Of a stretch of DNA of 64,000 nucleotides, positions 50,716 through 60,001 are shown in pieces; positions within the stretch are counted from its first letter, which is position 1; the number at the start of each line of letters is the position of its first letter. Made by a program: the position numbers and the translations under genes. Source of the DNA: Pseudomonadota bacterium (lineage in GTDB: Bacteria; CALINM01); contig JAOABK010000005.1 in assembly GCA_026418415.1 (NCBI GenBank), forward strand, positions 1,943-65,942, written 5' to 3'. Below the pieces are notes generated by a model. That model made no database searches. It was not told the DNA's origin and saw only the letters and a list, made by a program, of their open reading frames with translations.

Positions 50716-51580
50716 CCAAAGCGCCCCCAGATTTTAAATTTTCAAAATATTCCTTTACAAAGGCATAAAAAATTCCAATGATTAAAGATGCCAATAAAGA
50801 GATCAAACCCATCAACGCTCTTTTAGGTTTCACCTTTTTATCAGGTGGTTTAGGTGGATCTATTACTTTAAAGGAAAAGTTTTCTTTCGCTTCCGCTAAC
50901 ATGCTTTGTTCTATTTGATTAGCTATGAGGTTGTAAATTTTAGCTCTTATAAAGGGATCCATTGTCTTATTTAGTTGTGATTCTAAATACATTTTGTTTG
51001 TTTTAGCAACTCTTTTCATCTCTTCACTCATATGCTCTTTTAATTCTTGAATTAAAAAATTTACTATATCAGCAGACATTTTAGGATCTTTGAACTGCAT
51101 GGACACCTGAACTAAGTTATCTTTTTGTTTATAATTAACTTTTAAGTTATCTTCAAAAAACCTCAATGCTTCCCAAACTTTTTCATCTTCAGTTTTATCT
51201 TTAAGATCATCTTTTTCAAAAAAAACATCAATTAGATTATACTTTTTAATTACTCTTTCCTGCAAAACTTTACTTTTTAAAAGTGCAACTACTTCTGATA
51301 ATTCAGGAGACTGGGGAGTAATAATCCCTAACTGAGAAGCAAAGGCGGTCATAAATGAAGGATTAGACTGTGTATTTGATGGGGCCAAAACCGCTGTAGC
51401 TTCATATATTGGAGTCATTAAAAAAGATATCCCAACTGTTAGAGATACAACAGCAAAGACAAATAATAGAATTTTTTTTCTATATTTTTTTAAAATGCTG
51501 TAAATTTCAATAAGATCTATCTCGTCTTCATTATATTTAATTCCTTTTATTTTTCCTATTTTTTTTGTTTCTTCATCCAT
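50708..51580 (-). CDS. wzz: Polysaccharide co-polymerase (Wzz/PCP-family chain-length determinant, no kinase domain)
   Basis: N-terminal Wzz motif IDLIEIYSILKKYRKKILLFVFAV (TM1); periplasmic coiled region; C-terminal TM2 ALMGLISLLASLIIGIF. Confidence 0.75.
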   Translation of the reverse strand: MDEETKKIGKIKGIKYNEDEIDLIEIYSILKKYRKKILLFVFAVVSLTVGISFLMTPIYEATAVLAPSNTQSNPSFMTAFASQLGIITPQSPELSEVVALLKSKVLQERVIKKYNLIDVFFEKDDLKDKTEDEKVWEALRFFEDNLKVNYKQKDNLVQVSMQFKDPKMSADIVNFLIQELKEHMSEEMKRVAKTNKMYLESQLNKTMDPFIRAKIYNLIANQIEQSMLAEAKENFSFKVIDPPKPPDKKVKPKRALMGLISLLASLIIGIFYAFVKEYFENLKSGGALDV

Positions 51581-51730
51581 AAAAAACTTTCCCTAAACAT
51601 ATAAGTTTATGATACATTTTGTTTATATATACAAAATTTGTCAAGAATTTTAAATATTGCGATGAGTTATAATTTCGGAGTGTTATTAGAAGATATACGC
51701 TTTCTTTTTAATAAATTATAAAGATAAAGA

Positions 51731-51769
51731 GGTTAAGGAAGAGGTTTTATATTAACCTCAACCTTAACC
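51731..51769 (-). terminator. Imperfect 16-bp hairpin downstream of the rhodanese gene, followed by a U-rich tract. It is a candidate terminator for the cytochrome-rhodanese operon.
   Basis: GGTTAAGGaaGAGGTT-ttatatt-AACCTCaaCCTTAACC. Confidence 0.45.
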
Positions 51770-51811
51770 TTTATTAGCTATTTTTGACTTTAAATAAAGT
51801 TCTTATTTATT

Positions 51812-52714
51812 TTACTTCCAGCTATATTTTACCATTGGAAGAGTAGCATCTCCCGCCCAATCCTGAGCAGAGCCATCATACATTTTAACATTTTTGTAAC
51901 CCAACATCTTGCTTAATACAAACCACCATCCAGAAGCAAGTCTTCCGGTATCACAATAAGTTATAATCTCTTTTTCTTTATCAGATCCCAAAACTCCCTT
52001 AGCCATAGCCTCTAATTCATCTAACATCTTAAAATTGCCATCTTTTGTGTATATCCAACCTGATGGTAAATTTACAGCACTCTCTATGTGTCCTGCTCTC
52101 GCTACAAAGTCCAGTTTAGCAACACCAAAGAAATATTCTGGCATTCTTGTATCTACTATAACACTTTTTCCAATAGCATTTTTAACTAAATTCTTATCAG
52201 CATAGATCTTCTGATTAATTTTGATTTTGAAATTTCCTGCCTTTGGTTTTTTTGTTTCAGTGGTAACAGTTTTCCCTTCCTTCGACCATTTAGTAAATCC
52301 ACCATCTAAAACTGATACTTTCTCAAAACCTGAATAATTTAAAGTCCAAGCAACTCTTGTCATGTTTACTAATTCTGTTAAGTTATCAGATAATCCTACT
52401 ATAACTACCAATGAGTTATCATTTATACCAGCATTTGTAATCAAATCCTGTAAATCATCATTTTCTGGAAGCTCATTTTTTCTTCCAGCTTTTTCAATTG
52501 CCCATGCACTATAAACTACATTAATAGAATTGGGAATATGATTAGCTTTATAATCCTCCGCTTTCCTAATATCAATAATTACAAGATTAGGATTATTAAG
52601 ATTCTTCTCTAACCAATCTGTTGATACCACAGGACTGTAATCGTTTGCCTGTGCAAAGGCAAAAAAAAGTACTACCAATAACCAGCTACCTAAAAAATTC
52701 TTCAATTTTCTCAT
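51812..52714 (-). CDS. Periplasmic tandem-rhodanese thiosulfate/polysulfide sulfurtransferase
   Basis: Signal peptide; two rhodanese domains; catalytic loop CDTGRLAS in the second domain; 300 aa. Confidence 0.8.
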   Translation of the reverse strand: MRKLKNFLGSWLLVVLFFAFAQANDYSPVVSTDWLEKNLNNPNLVIIDIRKAEDYKANHIPNSINVVYSAWAIEKAGRKNELPENDDLQDLITNAGINDNSLVVIVGLSDNLTELVNMTRVAWTLNYSGFEKVSVLDGGFTKWSKEGKTVTTETKKPKAGNFKIKINQKIYADKNLVKNAIGKSVIVDTRMPEYFFGVAKLDFVARAGHIESAVNLPSGWIYTKDGNFKMLDELEAMAKGVLGSDKEKEIITYCDTGRLASGWWFVLSKMLGYKNVKMYDGSAQDWAGDATLPMVKYSWK

Positions 52715-52729
52715 AATATTACCTCCTTT

Positions 52730-53953
52730 TTATTGTCTAAAATCAAATATTAAACCCTCATTAGCACGAGAGCCATTTGGTATTAAGTCCTCTTTCTTAA
52801 GAAAGTTAATCTTTTCAAGATGGCAGGTATCACAGTTTCTTGTTCTATCTGTTCTCTTTTTAATATTATGTGGTGCCGTATCCCAATAATTTGGTAATTT
52901 ATCAAAATTTTCCATTTTTATACCTACTGAAGCAAAGGTATCTCTTACAGTTGGAACAACTCTCAAAGTTGTTAATTGATTTTTAGCTCGTGGATTTCTT
53001 CCAAGTATAAATCCTGGTTTTGCAGAAGAGCCCTTACCTAAATGACAGTTGTAACAGTTTCTATATTCTCCTCCACTATGACAGGCATAACAGCTAACCT
53101 TATCCTCAGAGTGTATTGAATGTGCCTCTTTAGCTTTATCTGTCTTTTCTAAGCCCGACTTATGACACTTTGTACAAGTATTTTTATATTCTAATAATTT
53201 TCTCGCTGTTTGAGGCTTACCATCCCCATGGATCTCTTTTATCGAATGACAATCCATGCACATCATACCTTTTTGATAATGAATATCTGCTGAACCGCCA
53301 TAATCACCAGTAAATTCAGGATAAACTCTACCCCCATGGCAAAGAGCACAGGTCTTTGTTTCATCTTTTCTTATGAATTTATGACCTTTAATTAATCCTA
53401 AATTTACGCCTCCTATTGTTGGTGATTTTACATGACAATCTCCACAGCTGGCATGACAACTTCTACAGGATTTCTCAAAAACCTTTTCATTAAAAATCTT
53501 TTTTTCTGCTTCTGACAATCTTTCGGAGAATATATTTTTTTGACCATAAGGATAGTAATGAAGAGATAGTTTATAACTACTACCTATTTCTTTGTGGCAT
53601 TTGGCACATAAATCTATATTTTCAGAAGGTCTCTTATCTAAGTTTTTATGGGCTTCTTCTTTTTTTTCTTTCTTGTCATCACCTTTGTGACATTTTACAC
53701 ACCCTAACTTTAAATGAACATCACTATTAATTAAATTTTTGTCAACTAAATAAGCTTTATAATACTCTTCCGCCTTAACTGACGGAGGTGCTCCCGCTCA
53801 GCCCTCTCCTTCTTCACCCCCTAAATGAGGAACCTTAACTAATTTTTTTAAAGTTGCTTCATCGGTATGACAAAAAACACATGTGTTCTTTTCAGCACTT
53901 GCATAGCTAATAAAAACAAAGAAAAAGACAAATAGGATTTTTATAAATTTCAT
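52730..53953 (-). CDS. Periplasmic multihaem cytochrome c with 11 CxxCH motifs. It has a single in-frame TGA at 53798..53800, which is a candidate Sec codon or a nonsense mutation. The ORF track reports only the 3' part (52730..53518), and that part begins at an internal TTG.
   Basis: By manual translation, the ATG at 53953 has a GGGAGG RBS and a TTGACA-16-TATAAA promoter. It encodes MKFIKILFVFFFVFISYASA, then CVFCH, ...GEEGEG-TGA-AGAPPS..., CVKCH and CAKCH. The same frame continues without further stops into the annotated ORF, which carries CRSCH, CGDCH, CALCH, CMDCH, CTKCH, CYACH, CYNCH and CDTCH. Confidence 0.6.
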
Positions 53954-53982
53954 ATCTTACCTCCCTATTCTTTAATGAATAT

Positions 53983-54010
53983 TTTATAATTAAAAAAAAC
54001 ACATTGTCAA
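53983..54010 (-). promoter_or_regulatory. Sigma70-type promoter of the cytochrome-rhodanese operon (TTGACA-16-TATAAA)
   Basis: -35 at 54010..54005; -10 at 53988..53983; RBS GGGAGG at 53965..53961. Confidence 0.5.
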
Positions 54011-54226
54011 ATAACTTAATTTATGTTTAAATTAGCCATATTTTTTGTTATTTGACTTAACAATTCATTAGAGCCTTAATATTCCAACTGCAATATAAAA
54101 TATGTTTCTTAAAAAACTATCTATAACATTATTGCATTTATTAAAAGATTATCATCAAAAATTTGAAAGTCAATTTTGAAAATATCTTCTTTATAAAAAA
54201 AATATAGCTCTATATAATTATTAACG

Positions 54227-55123
54227 ATGCAAAATTTCGCTAAGCTTAAAAATAAACTGCTAAGTTTTATAGATAATTTTTGTTGTACCCTTTTAAAAAG
54301 GGATGTCAAATCATCTCAACTTTTTATAATTGGTTTGCCACGTTCTGGTGCAACTTTGGTATATCAGTATATAGTTCACAGGCTACATGTGGCTTACTTT
54401 ACTAATGGTGCAGGCAACAAGCCATATATACCTTGTCTTACAATCTTCTTACAAAAGACTTTTAGAAGACCCTATGTTTCTGATTTCAAAAGTAATTTTG
54501 GAAGAGTTGCTGGCCCCATGGCTCCTCGAGAAGCAGGCAGGATATGGGGAAAGTTCTTCTTACCTGATAAATATGAGACCTATGAAAATATCATAGAAAA
54601 AAAAAGAAAAGAGCTCTACCGTTTGGTAACCTGCATACAAAGCATTTTTGGAGATGTGCCCTTTGTTAATAAAAATGTCAGAAATTCTCTTCACATAGAT
54701 GCCTTAGCAAAAATTTTTCCTAAATCTAATTTTCTTGTTATAGAAAGGAATCTTGAAGATGTTGCTCTCTCTATACTAAGAGCAAGAAAACTAACCCATG
54801 GAGATTATAATTTATGGTTTTCTGTAAAACCAAGGAACTATGAAGAGATAAAAAATCTCTCAATACCAGAACAAATCTTTCATCAAATAAAAGATATCAG
54901 AGAATGTATTAATGAAAGTATCAAAAAATTACCAAAAGATAGAGTAAAGGTGATAAATTATGAAGACTTCTGTAAAGAACCAGAATTGGTAATCAATTTA
55001 TTTTCTAACATATTTATAAATGTTAAAGAGAAGAACCCACCTGTATCACATTTTCTCTCAAAAAAACAACACCCTAACACTACATTAGAGAAAGAGCTTA
55101 TAAAAACTATAACAAAATTATGA
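54227..55123 (+). CDS. Sulfotransferase-family protein (PAPS-dependent)
   Basis: 5'-PSB loop IIGLPRSGATL; 298 aa. Confidence 0.7.
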   Translation: MQNFAKLKNKLLSFIDNFCCTLLKRDVKSSQLFIIGLPRSGATLVYQYIVHRLHVAYFTNGAGNKPYIPCLTIFLQKTFRRPYVSDFKSNFGRVAGPMAPREAGRIWGKFFLPDKYETYENIIEKKRKELYRLVTCIQSIFGDVPFVNKNVRNSLHIDALAKIFPKSNFLVIERNLEDVALSILRARKLTHGDYNLWFSVKPRNYEEIKNLSIPEQIFHQIKDIRECINESIKKLPKDRVKVINYEDFCKEPELVINLFSNIFINVKEKNPPVSHFLSKKQHPNTTLEKELIKTITKL

Positions 55124-55843
55124 AACAATCTTTTTTTTGATAATTTGGTAAAATCTTCTTAAAACATAAAATAAATAGTGCATATCACCGAAATATTTTT
55201 TAATTAGAACCCCCCTATCAATTTTAAAAGCCTCATCTTCTCTTTTAGAACTTAAGCCATCATCATTATAGATTGATATAACTCTATTTATATATTTTAT
55301 TTTGATTTGCTTATTTCCGAAACATCTCATATTAAATTCATAATCAGCCCAAAGAGGATATTTTAAGTTGAACAAACCTAATCTATCAAAAATTGATCTT
55401 CTATAAAAAATAGCCTGATGACATATGTTTCTAAAATGCATCTTAATTTTATAAAATTTACCATCGTAGATTTTTTTAGTTTGCTTAAAAATTACATTAC
55501 CATATACTAAATCAAAATTGCTGTTTTCTACTGAATTGAAAACATCTTCGAGCACTCTATTGTCATAAAATAGATCATCACTACCCATAAAATATATCCA
55601 CTCACTATCAGATTGTAAAATGCCCTTATTTAAAGCATCGTAGATTCCTGAGTCAGGCTCACTGATAAAGTATTTAATTTTTTTTGAATTTCTCTTGATA
55701 ATATCACATGTCGCATCTTTTGAACATCCATCAATTACAATAATCTCATAGTCTTTCCAGGTTTGGTTATATATACTATCTAAAGTATCTTGAATTGTAC
55801 TCTCTGAATTATAAGTAGCAATTATAATATTAAGTTTACTCAT
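55118..55843 (-). CDS. Family-2 glycosyltransferase
   Basis: IIIATYNSESTIQDTLDSIYNQTWKDYEIIVIDGCSKD GT-A N-terminus with DxD. Confidence 0.85.
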   Translation of the reverse strand: MSKLNIIIATYNSESTIQDTLDSIYNQTWKDYEIIVIDGCSKDATCDIIKRNSKKIKYFISEPDSGIYDALNKGILQSDSEWIYFMGSDDLFYDNRVLEDVFNSVENSNFDLVYGNVIFKQTKKIYDGKFYKIKMHFRNICHQAIFYRRSIFDRLGLFNLKYPLWADYEFNMRCFGNKQIKIKYINRVISIYNDDGLSSKREDEAFKIDRGVLIKKYFGDMHYLFYVLRRFYQIIKKKIVS

Positions 55844-57162
55844 CTTTTAAAAAATGGCACGTAATATGTTACAATGCCAAATTTCCTTTTTACATAGAAT
55901 AGGGAAACTAAATTCCAAAAAACCATACTTATTGCAAATCCTAAAGAAGCACCATCTATTCCTAAAAGAGGCACTAAAATAAGACAAAGTATAAAATTAA
56001 TTAACGTTGCTAATAGGTATATATTTCTAAAAACTATCTGATTGCCAGTCATTGTCAACAAATATCCTACGCTACCACAAAAGGCATTTACAAATTGCCC
56101 TAAAGATATAATAATCAAAGATCTATATCCTTCAACAAACTCTTTACCAAAGAGCCCCATAAAAAACTTTGGTATTATTATAAATAGAGCAAGAAGAGGT
56201 GCTGAACTCCAGAAGTTTAATTTTGCTGATAACAGAGCGGTCTTATTTAGGTCTTCCATTTTTCTATTCCAATAAAATTCTGCAATTTTTGGTGCTACTA
56301 TCGAATTTATTGAAACAAGAAAAAAACTTGTAATTGTAGCAATTTTATAGGCGATATTGAAAACTCCAACACTTTTAGTATCAGTAAAATATGCTAAAGT
56401 AAAAACAGGGGTATAGCTTGATACTAAGCTCGCAACTGAAACATAAAACATTGGCAAAGAAACCAGGAATAATTGTTTTGTGTTAATGTTATTTTTATCA
56501 TTTAAATTTAGCTTAGATTTATTTACTTTACTCATAATAAAGTATGTTGAAATTAGGAATGTAATAAAAAGACCTATAAAATTTGTTAAAATTGGCAAAA
56601 TTATATTAAATTCAATAAATAGCAGAATAATAAAAAATAAAGCTACATTAACGAAATTAATTAAAAACATTCTAAAAATTTCACTTTCTTTTATAAACAG
56701 CATGCCCCTTATAGCCTCTACATTTAAACTGTTTAAGGCTAAAAATACTACTCCTAAAGCAACGAGATTAAAAATCATTGGATTATAAAAATCTCTAAAT
56801 AATATTTCGGATAAAAAGGTCTTAGAAAAAAAAATAATAGAAGAAACAACAAATCCTGAAAACAAGATCCAGGAAAACATTTTTCTGTAAATATAAAAAA
56901 AAGCTAATCTATCCTTACAATGTTCCCCTGCAAATCTTAGAATTGATTGTTCAAATCCAAGAGTAGCTAAGACAGAAGCTAAAGTCATCAAAGAATTGGC
57001 TACATTAATAATACCAACTGTTTTAGCACCAAAATTTCTCGAAATATAAAAAATAAAAAAATAGCTTAAAAGAATAGAAAATGTTTTTATAATAAAAGTT
57101 GTTATAGAATTTAATAAAACCTCTTTCCCAATAGATTCTTTTACAAATATTTTTTCTAACAT
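55840..57162 (-). CDS. wzx: Wzx-type polysaccharide flippase (MOP superfamily)
   Basis: 440 aa; about 12-14 TM helices; polysaccharide-biosynthesis-protein architecture. Confidence 0.75.
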   Translation of the reverse strand: MLEKIFVKESIGKEVLLNSITTFIIKTFSILLSYFFIFYISRNFGAKTVGIINVANSLMTLASVLATLGFEQSILRFAGEHCKDRLAFFYIYRKMFSWILFSGFVVSSIIFFSKTFLSEILFRDFYNPMIFNLVALGVVFLALNSLNVEAIRGMLFIKESEIFRMFLINFVNVALFFIILLFIEFNIILPILTNFIGLFITFLISTYFIMSKVNKSKLNLNDKNNINTKQLFLVSLPMFYVSVASLVSSYTPVFTLAYFTDTKSVGVFNIAYKIATITSFFLVSINSIVAPKIAEFYWNRKMEDLNKTALLSAKLNFWSSAPLLALFIIIPKFFMGLFGKEFVEGYRSLIIISLGQFVNAFCGSVGYLLTMTGNQIVFRNIYLLATLINFILCLILVPLLGIDGASLGFAISMVFWNLVSLFYVKRKFGIVTYYVPFFKR

Positions 57163-57966
57163 TTAGATATAACCAAAAGCATTCATAGTATTTCCAAATC
57201 TATCTTTAAGTTTTCTAATATCATTTTCTGTAAAATAATTTAACCATTCATCAATCCTCCCAGAACGAATGAAGGGAATATCTTTTTTTGTATTTTTTAA
57301 CACCTTAGTCTCATCAGACAGTCTTTTTTCATTCTCTTTCATGTTTTCAAATTTTGACTTTTCAATCGCTTTTAGAAATTTATCGTTCGAGACACTTAAC
57401 CTCAAAAATCTAATCACCTTTCTAACTTCCTCTTCAATGTTATTTGATAAATCCTCGTATTTTATTAAAAGGAAATTTTCTAAATCTTGATTTTTCATAA
57501 AGACCCAGCTTTTAACATTTTCTTCCCAAGTACCATAATTATCCAAAGTCCCATCTAAAAATCTTTCAAGAAAATCTTGAAAACTAATTTTTTCGTCTAA
57601 AACATTAAACTTTTTTAAATGAAAGTAATAAGAAACTGCTACACTTCTTGGATCTCTAACAATATAAATAACTTTTTTATATTTAGGATGATAGTATTCA
57701 TGACTTTTAAGTATTCTTGGTCTTGGATATTTTTTTAAAATTTCATTAGGGACTACATATATATCTGGGATTAACTCCTCCATGTTTTTAAAATTAAAGT
57801 CATCATAAATAAGATTACCTATTATAAATCTCATCCATGTATTGCCACTTTTAGGATAAGAAACAATAAATATATCGTCATCAAAATAATCAATATCCCT
57901 ACCCATTTTTTTCCTATTAATATAATCTACAAGAAACATGTTTATTCTCTTTTTAAACCAGTTCAT
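57163..57966 (-). CDS. Sulfotransferase (Sulfotransfer_1 domain)
   Basis: 5'-PSB motif SYPKSGNTW; 3'-PB motif IYIVRDPRSVAVSYY. Confidence 0.8.
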   Translation of the reverse strand: MNWFKKRINMFLVDYINRKKMGRDIDYFDDDIFIVSYPKSGNTWMRFIIGNLIYDDFNFKNMEELIPDIYVVPNEILKKYPRPRILKSHEYYHPKYKKVIYIVRDPRSVAVSYYFHLKKFNVLDEKISFQDFLERFLDGTLDNYGTWEENVKSWVFMKNQDLENFLLIKYEDLSNNIEEEVRKVIRFLRLSVSNDKFLKAIEKSKFENMKENEKRLSDETKVLKNTKKDIPFIRSGRIDEWLNYFTENDIRKLKDRFGNTMNAFGYI

Positions 57967-58892
57967 AAATCACTTGCCCCTTTGTTTTTTAAAATTATTA
58001 ACAGGTGATCTTTTACATTAAACAAATCTGGCACGGTCTTCTTTTCTAATGTTTCTTTATTCCCATTTCTTAAATAATAGTAAAATCTTTGACTTATAAG
58101 AAAAATTAAATTTTGCAAAAAATTTCTTAAAATAACCTTAACTCTTAAATCTATATTATGAGAAAATTTTTTTATATATAAAATTTCAAAATCTAATTTA
58201 CTACATACAAAATTAATCCATTTCAGGTTAATAAAGCTAATATGTTCTATGATTGAACAATAATAGTATCGGTTTTTGTATATTCTTTTCCATAAAAAAT
58301 ATTCTGAATCTCCTGTTGATAAAAGTATAATCCCCTTTGGCTTAAGAATTTCCTTTAAACTTAATAAGAGTGAAAGAGGGTCACTCACATGTTCAATTAC
58401 ATCAAAGAGAGTGATTACATCAAATCTATTATCTATTCCTCTAATATTCAAAAAATTATTTTCTATAATTTTAATTCCCCTTTTCTCTGCCAACTCAGCA
58501 GCATAGGGATTTAACTCAATGCCATATCTATTGTAATACCCATTTAAAGAATCCAAAAACTTCCCATCCCAACAACCCAAATCAAGAATTGATGCATCTT
58601 TTCTTATATTTTCGAATATAAAGTTCTTAGCAATAATCCAGTCAGCCCTATTTTCATAAACATTATCCCAATGAGTGGGATTTAAATTTTTATATAAATC
58701 TTCCAAAATGCTATAGTCCAATTCTGACCACACAAAACATAGATTACAAGAAAGACATCTAAAAAGAAACCTATCTTTACGAGACTCACAATCTAACTTT
58801 ATATCACCAAGATAATAACTCGTGGGTATTAAGCCTAAATTTTTCAGGTTAATACTTTTACAACAGGGACATTGATATTTGACTATTGCCAT
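57963..58892 (-). CDS. Class I SAM-dependent methyltransferase with N-terminal zinc ribbon (sugar C-/O-methyltransferase-like)
   Basis: CPCC...CLSC zinc ribbon; motif I ILDLGCWDGKF. Confidence 0.7.
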   Translation of the reverse strand: MAIVKYQCPCCKSINLKNLGLIPTSYYLGDIKLDCESRKDRFLFRCLSCNLCFVWSELDYSILEDLYKNLNPTHWDNVYENRADWIIAKNFIFENIRKDASILDLGCWDGKFLDSLNGYYNRYGIELNPYAAELAEKRGIKIIENNFLNIRGIDNRFDVITLFDVIEHVSDPLSLLLSLKEILKPKGIILLSTGDSEYFLWKRIYKNRYYYCSIIEHISFINLKWINFVCSKLDFEILYIKKFSHNIDLRVKVILRNFLQNLIFLISQRFYYYLRNGNKETLEKKTVPDLFNVKDHLLIILKNKGASDL

Positions 58893-58897
58893 AAATT

Positions 58898-60001
58898 TTA
58901 TAGTATATAATTTTCATAATAAGTGCTTTTTATACCATCCCTCAATCCAATTCTATATTGCCAGCCCTTTTTTAATAATCTACTTACATCAAGTAACTTT
59001 CTTGGTGCTCCATCTGGCTTAGAAATATCCCACTTTATTTCTCCTCTAAATCCCACAATCTCCCTAATAATAGACGCTAATTCTTTAATCTTTAAATCTT
59101 CTCCAGTACCTATATTTATAAATTCTCCAACATCTTCAAAATCATATTTTTCCATAATAAATACACAAGCATCCGCAAGATCATCGACATGCAAAAATTC
59201 CCTATATGGCTCACCACTACCCCACAAAATAACAATTACTGAACCATCCTCCTTTATAATACCGTTATCTTTTAAAACATTTAAAATCTTTTGCTCTCCT
59301 TCATTACCATTCACACCATCTATTGGATTTTTGTTAAGATCCTTTCTTATGCTATCCCAATCATCATTTTCAAGACATTTAGCAAGATGAAATTTTCTTA
59401 TCAAAGCAGGTAGAACATGAGAATTTTTAAGATCATAATTATCGTTAGGCCCATAAAGATTTGTTGGCATCACCGATACAAAGTTTGTATTATACTGTTC
59501 ATTGTAGTATCTGCAAAGTTTAATAGCGCAAATTTTAGCAATTGCATAGGGCTCATTGGTAGGTTCAAGAGAACCAGTCAGTAAATATTCTTCTTTCATA
59601 GGCTGTGGACAATTTTTTGGATAGATACATGATGAACCAAGATTTAGCAATTTATTTACACCATATTTATAGGAAGCATGAATTATATTTGTAGAAATCA
59701 TTATATTATCGTAAATAAATTCCCCTTTATATGTATTATTAGCAAGAATACCTCCTACTTTTGCTGCACTTAAAAAAACATATTTTGGTTTCTCCAGTTT
59801 AAAAAATTCTTCTACATCTTTTTGGATTCTTAGGTCTAAATTAACAAAATTAACACTCCCACTCTCTTTTGGAGGCCTCTTATTAAAGTTTGATACGATA
59901 TTTGTATAGCCCTTTTTCTTTAGATCTCGAATTATTGCACTTCCTACCATACCAGTACCACCGGCCACAAAAATTTTATCATCTATCATCATAATCTTCA
60001 C
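58898..60001 (-). CDS. fcl: GDP-L-fucose synthase (GDP-4-keto-6-deoxy-D-mannose 3,5-epimerase/4-reductase), with an internal insertion of about 45 aa
   Basis: IFVAGGTGMVGSAI Rossmann motif; SDR catalytic Y..K (YAIAK); 367 aa versus about 320 typical. Confidence 0.85.
   Translation of the reverse strand: MKIMMIDDKIFVAGGTGMVGSAIIRDLKKKGYTNIVSNFNKRPPKESGSVNFVNLDLRIQKDVEEFFKLEKPKYVFLSAAKVGGILANNTYKGEFIYDNIMISTNIIHASYKYGVNKLLNLGSSCIYPKNCPQPMKEEYLLTGSLEPTNEPYAIAKICAIKLCRYYNEQYNTNFVSVMPTNLYGPNDNYDLKNSHVLPALIRKFHLAKCLENDDWDSIRKDLNKNPIDGVNGNEGEQKILNVLKDNGIIKEDGSVIVILWGSGEPYREFLHVDDLADACVFIMEKYDFEDVGEFINIGTGEDLKIKELASIIREIVGFRGEIKWDISKPDGAPRKLLDVSRLLKKGWQYRIGLRDGIKSTYYENYIL

Noticed and set aside
54121-54309. 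62-aa minus-strand ORF in the AT-rich divergent promoter region
   Set aside because: It overlaps the start of the sulfotransferase gene, has low-complexity AT-driven codons and no RBS. It is most likely spurious.
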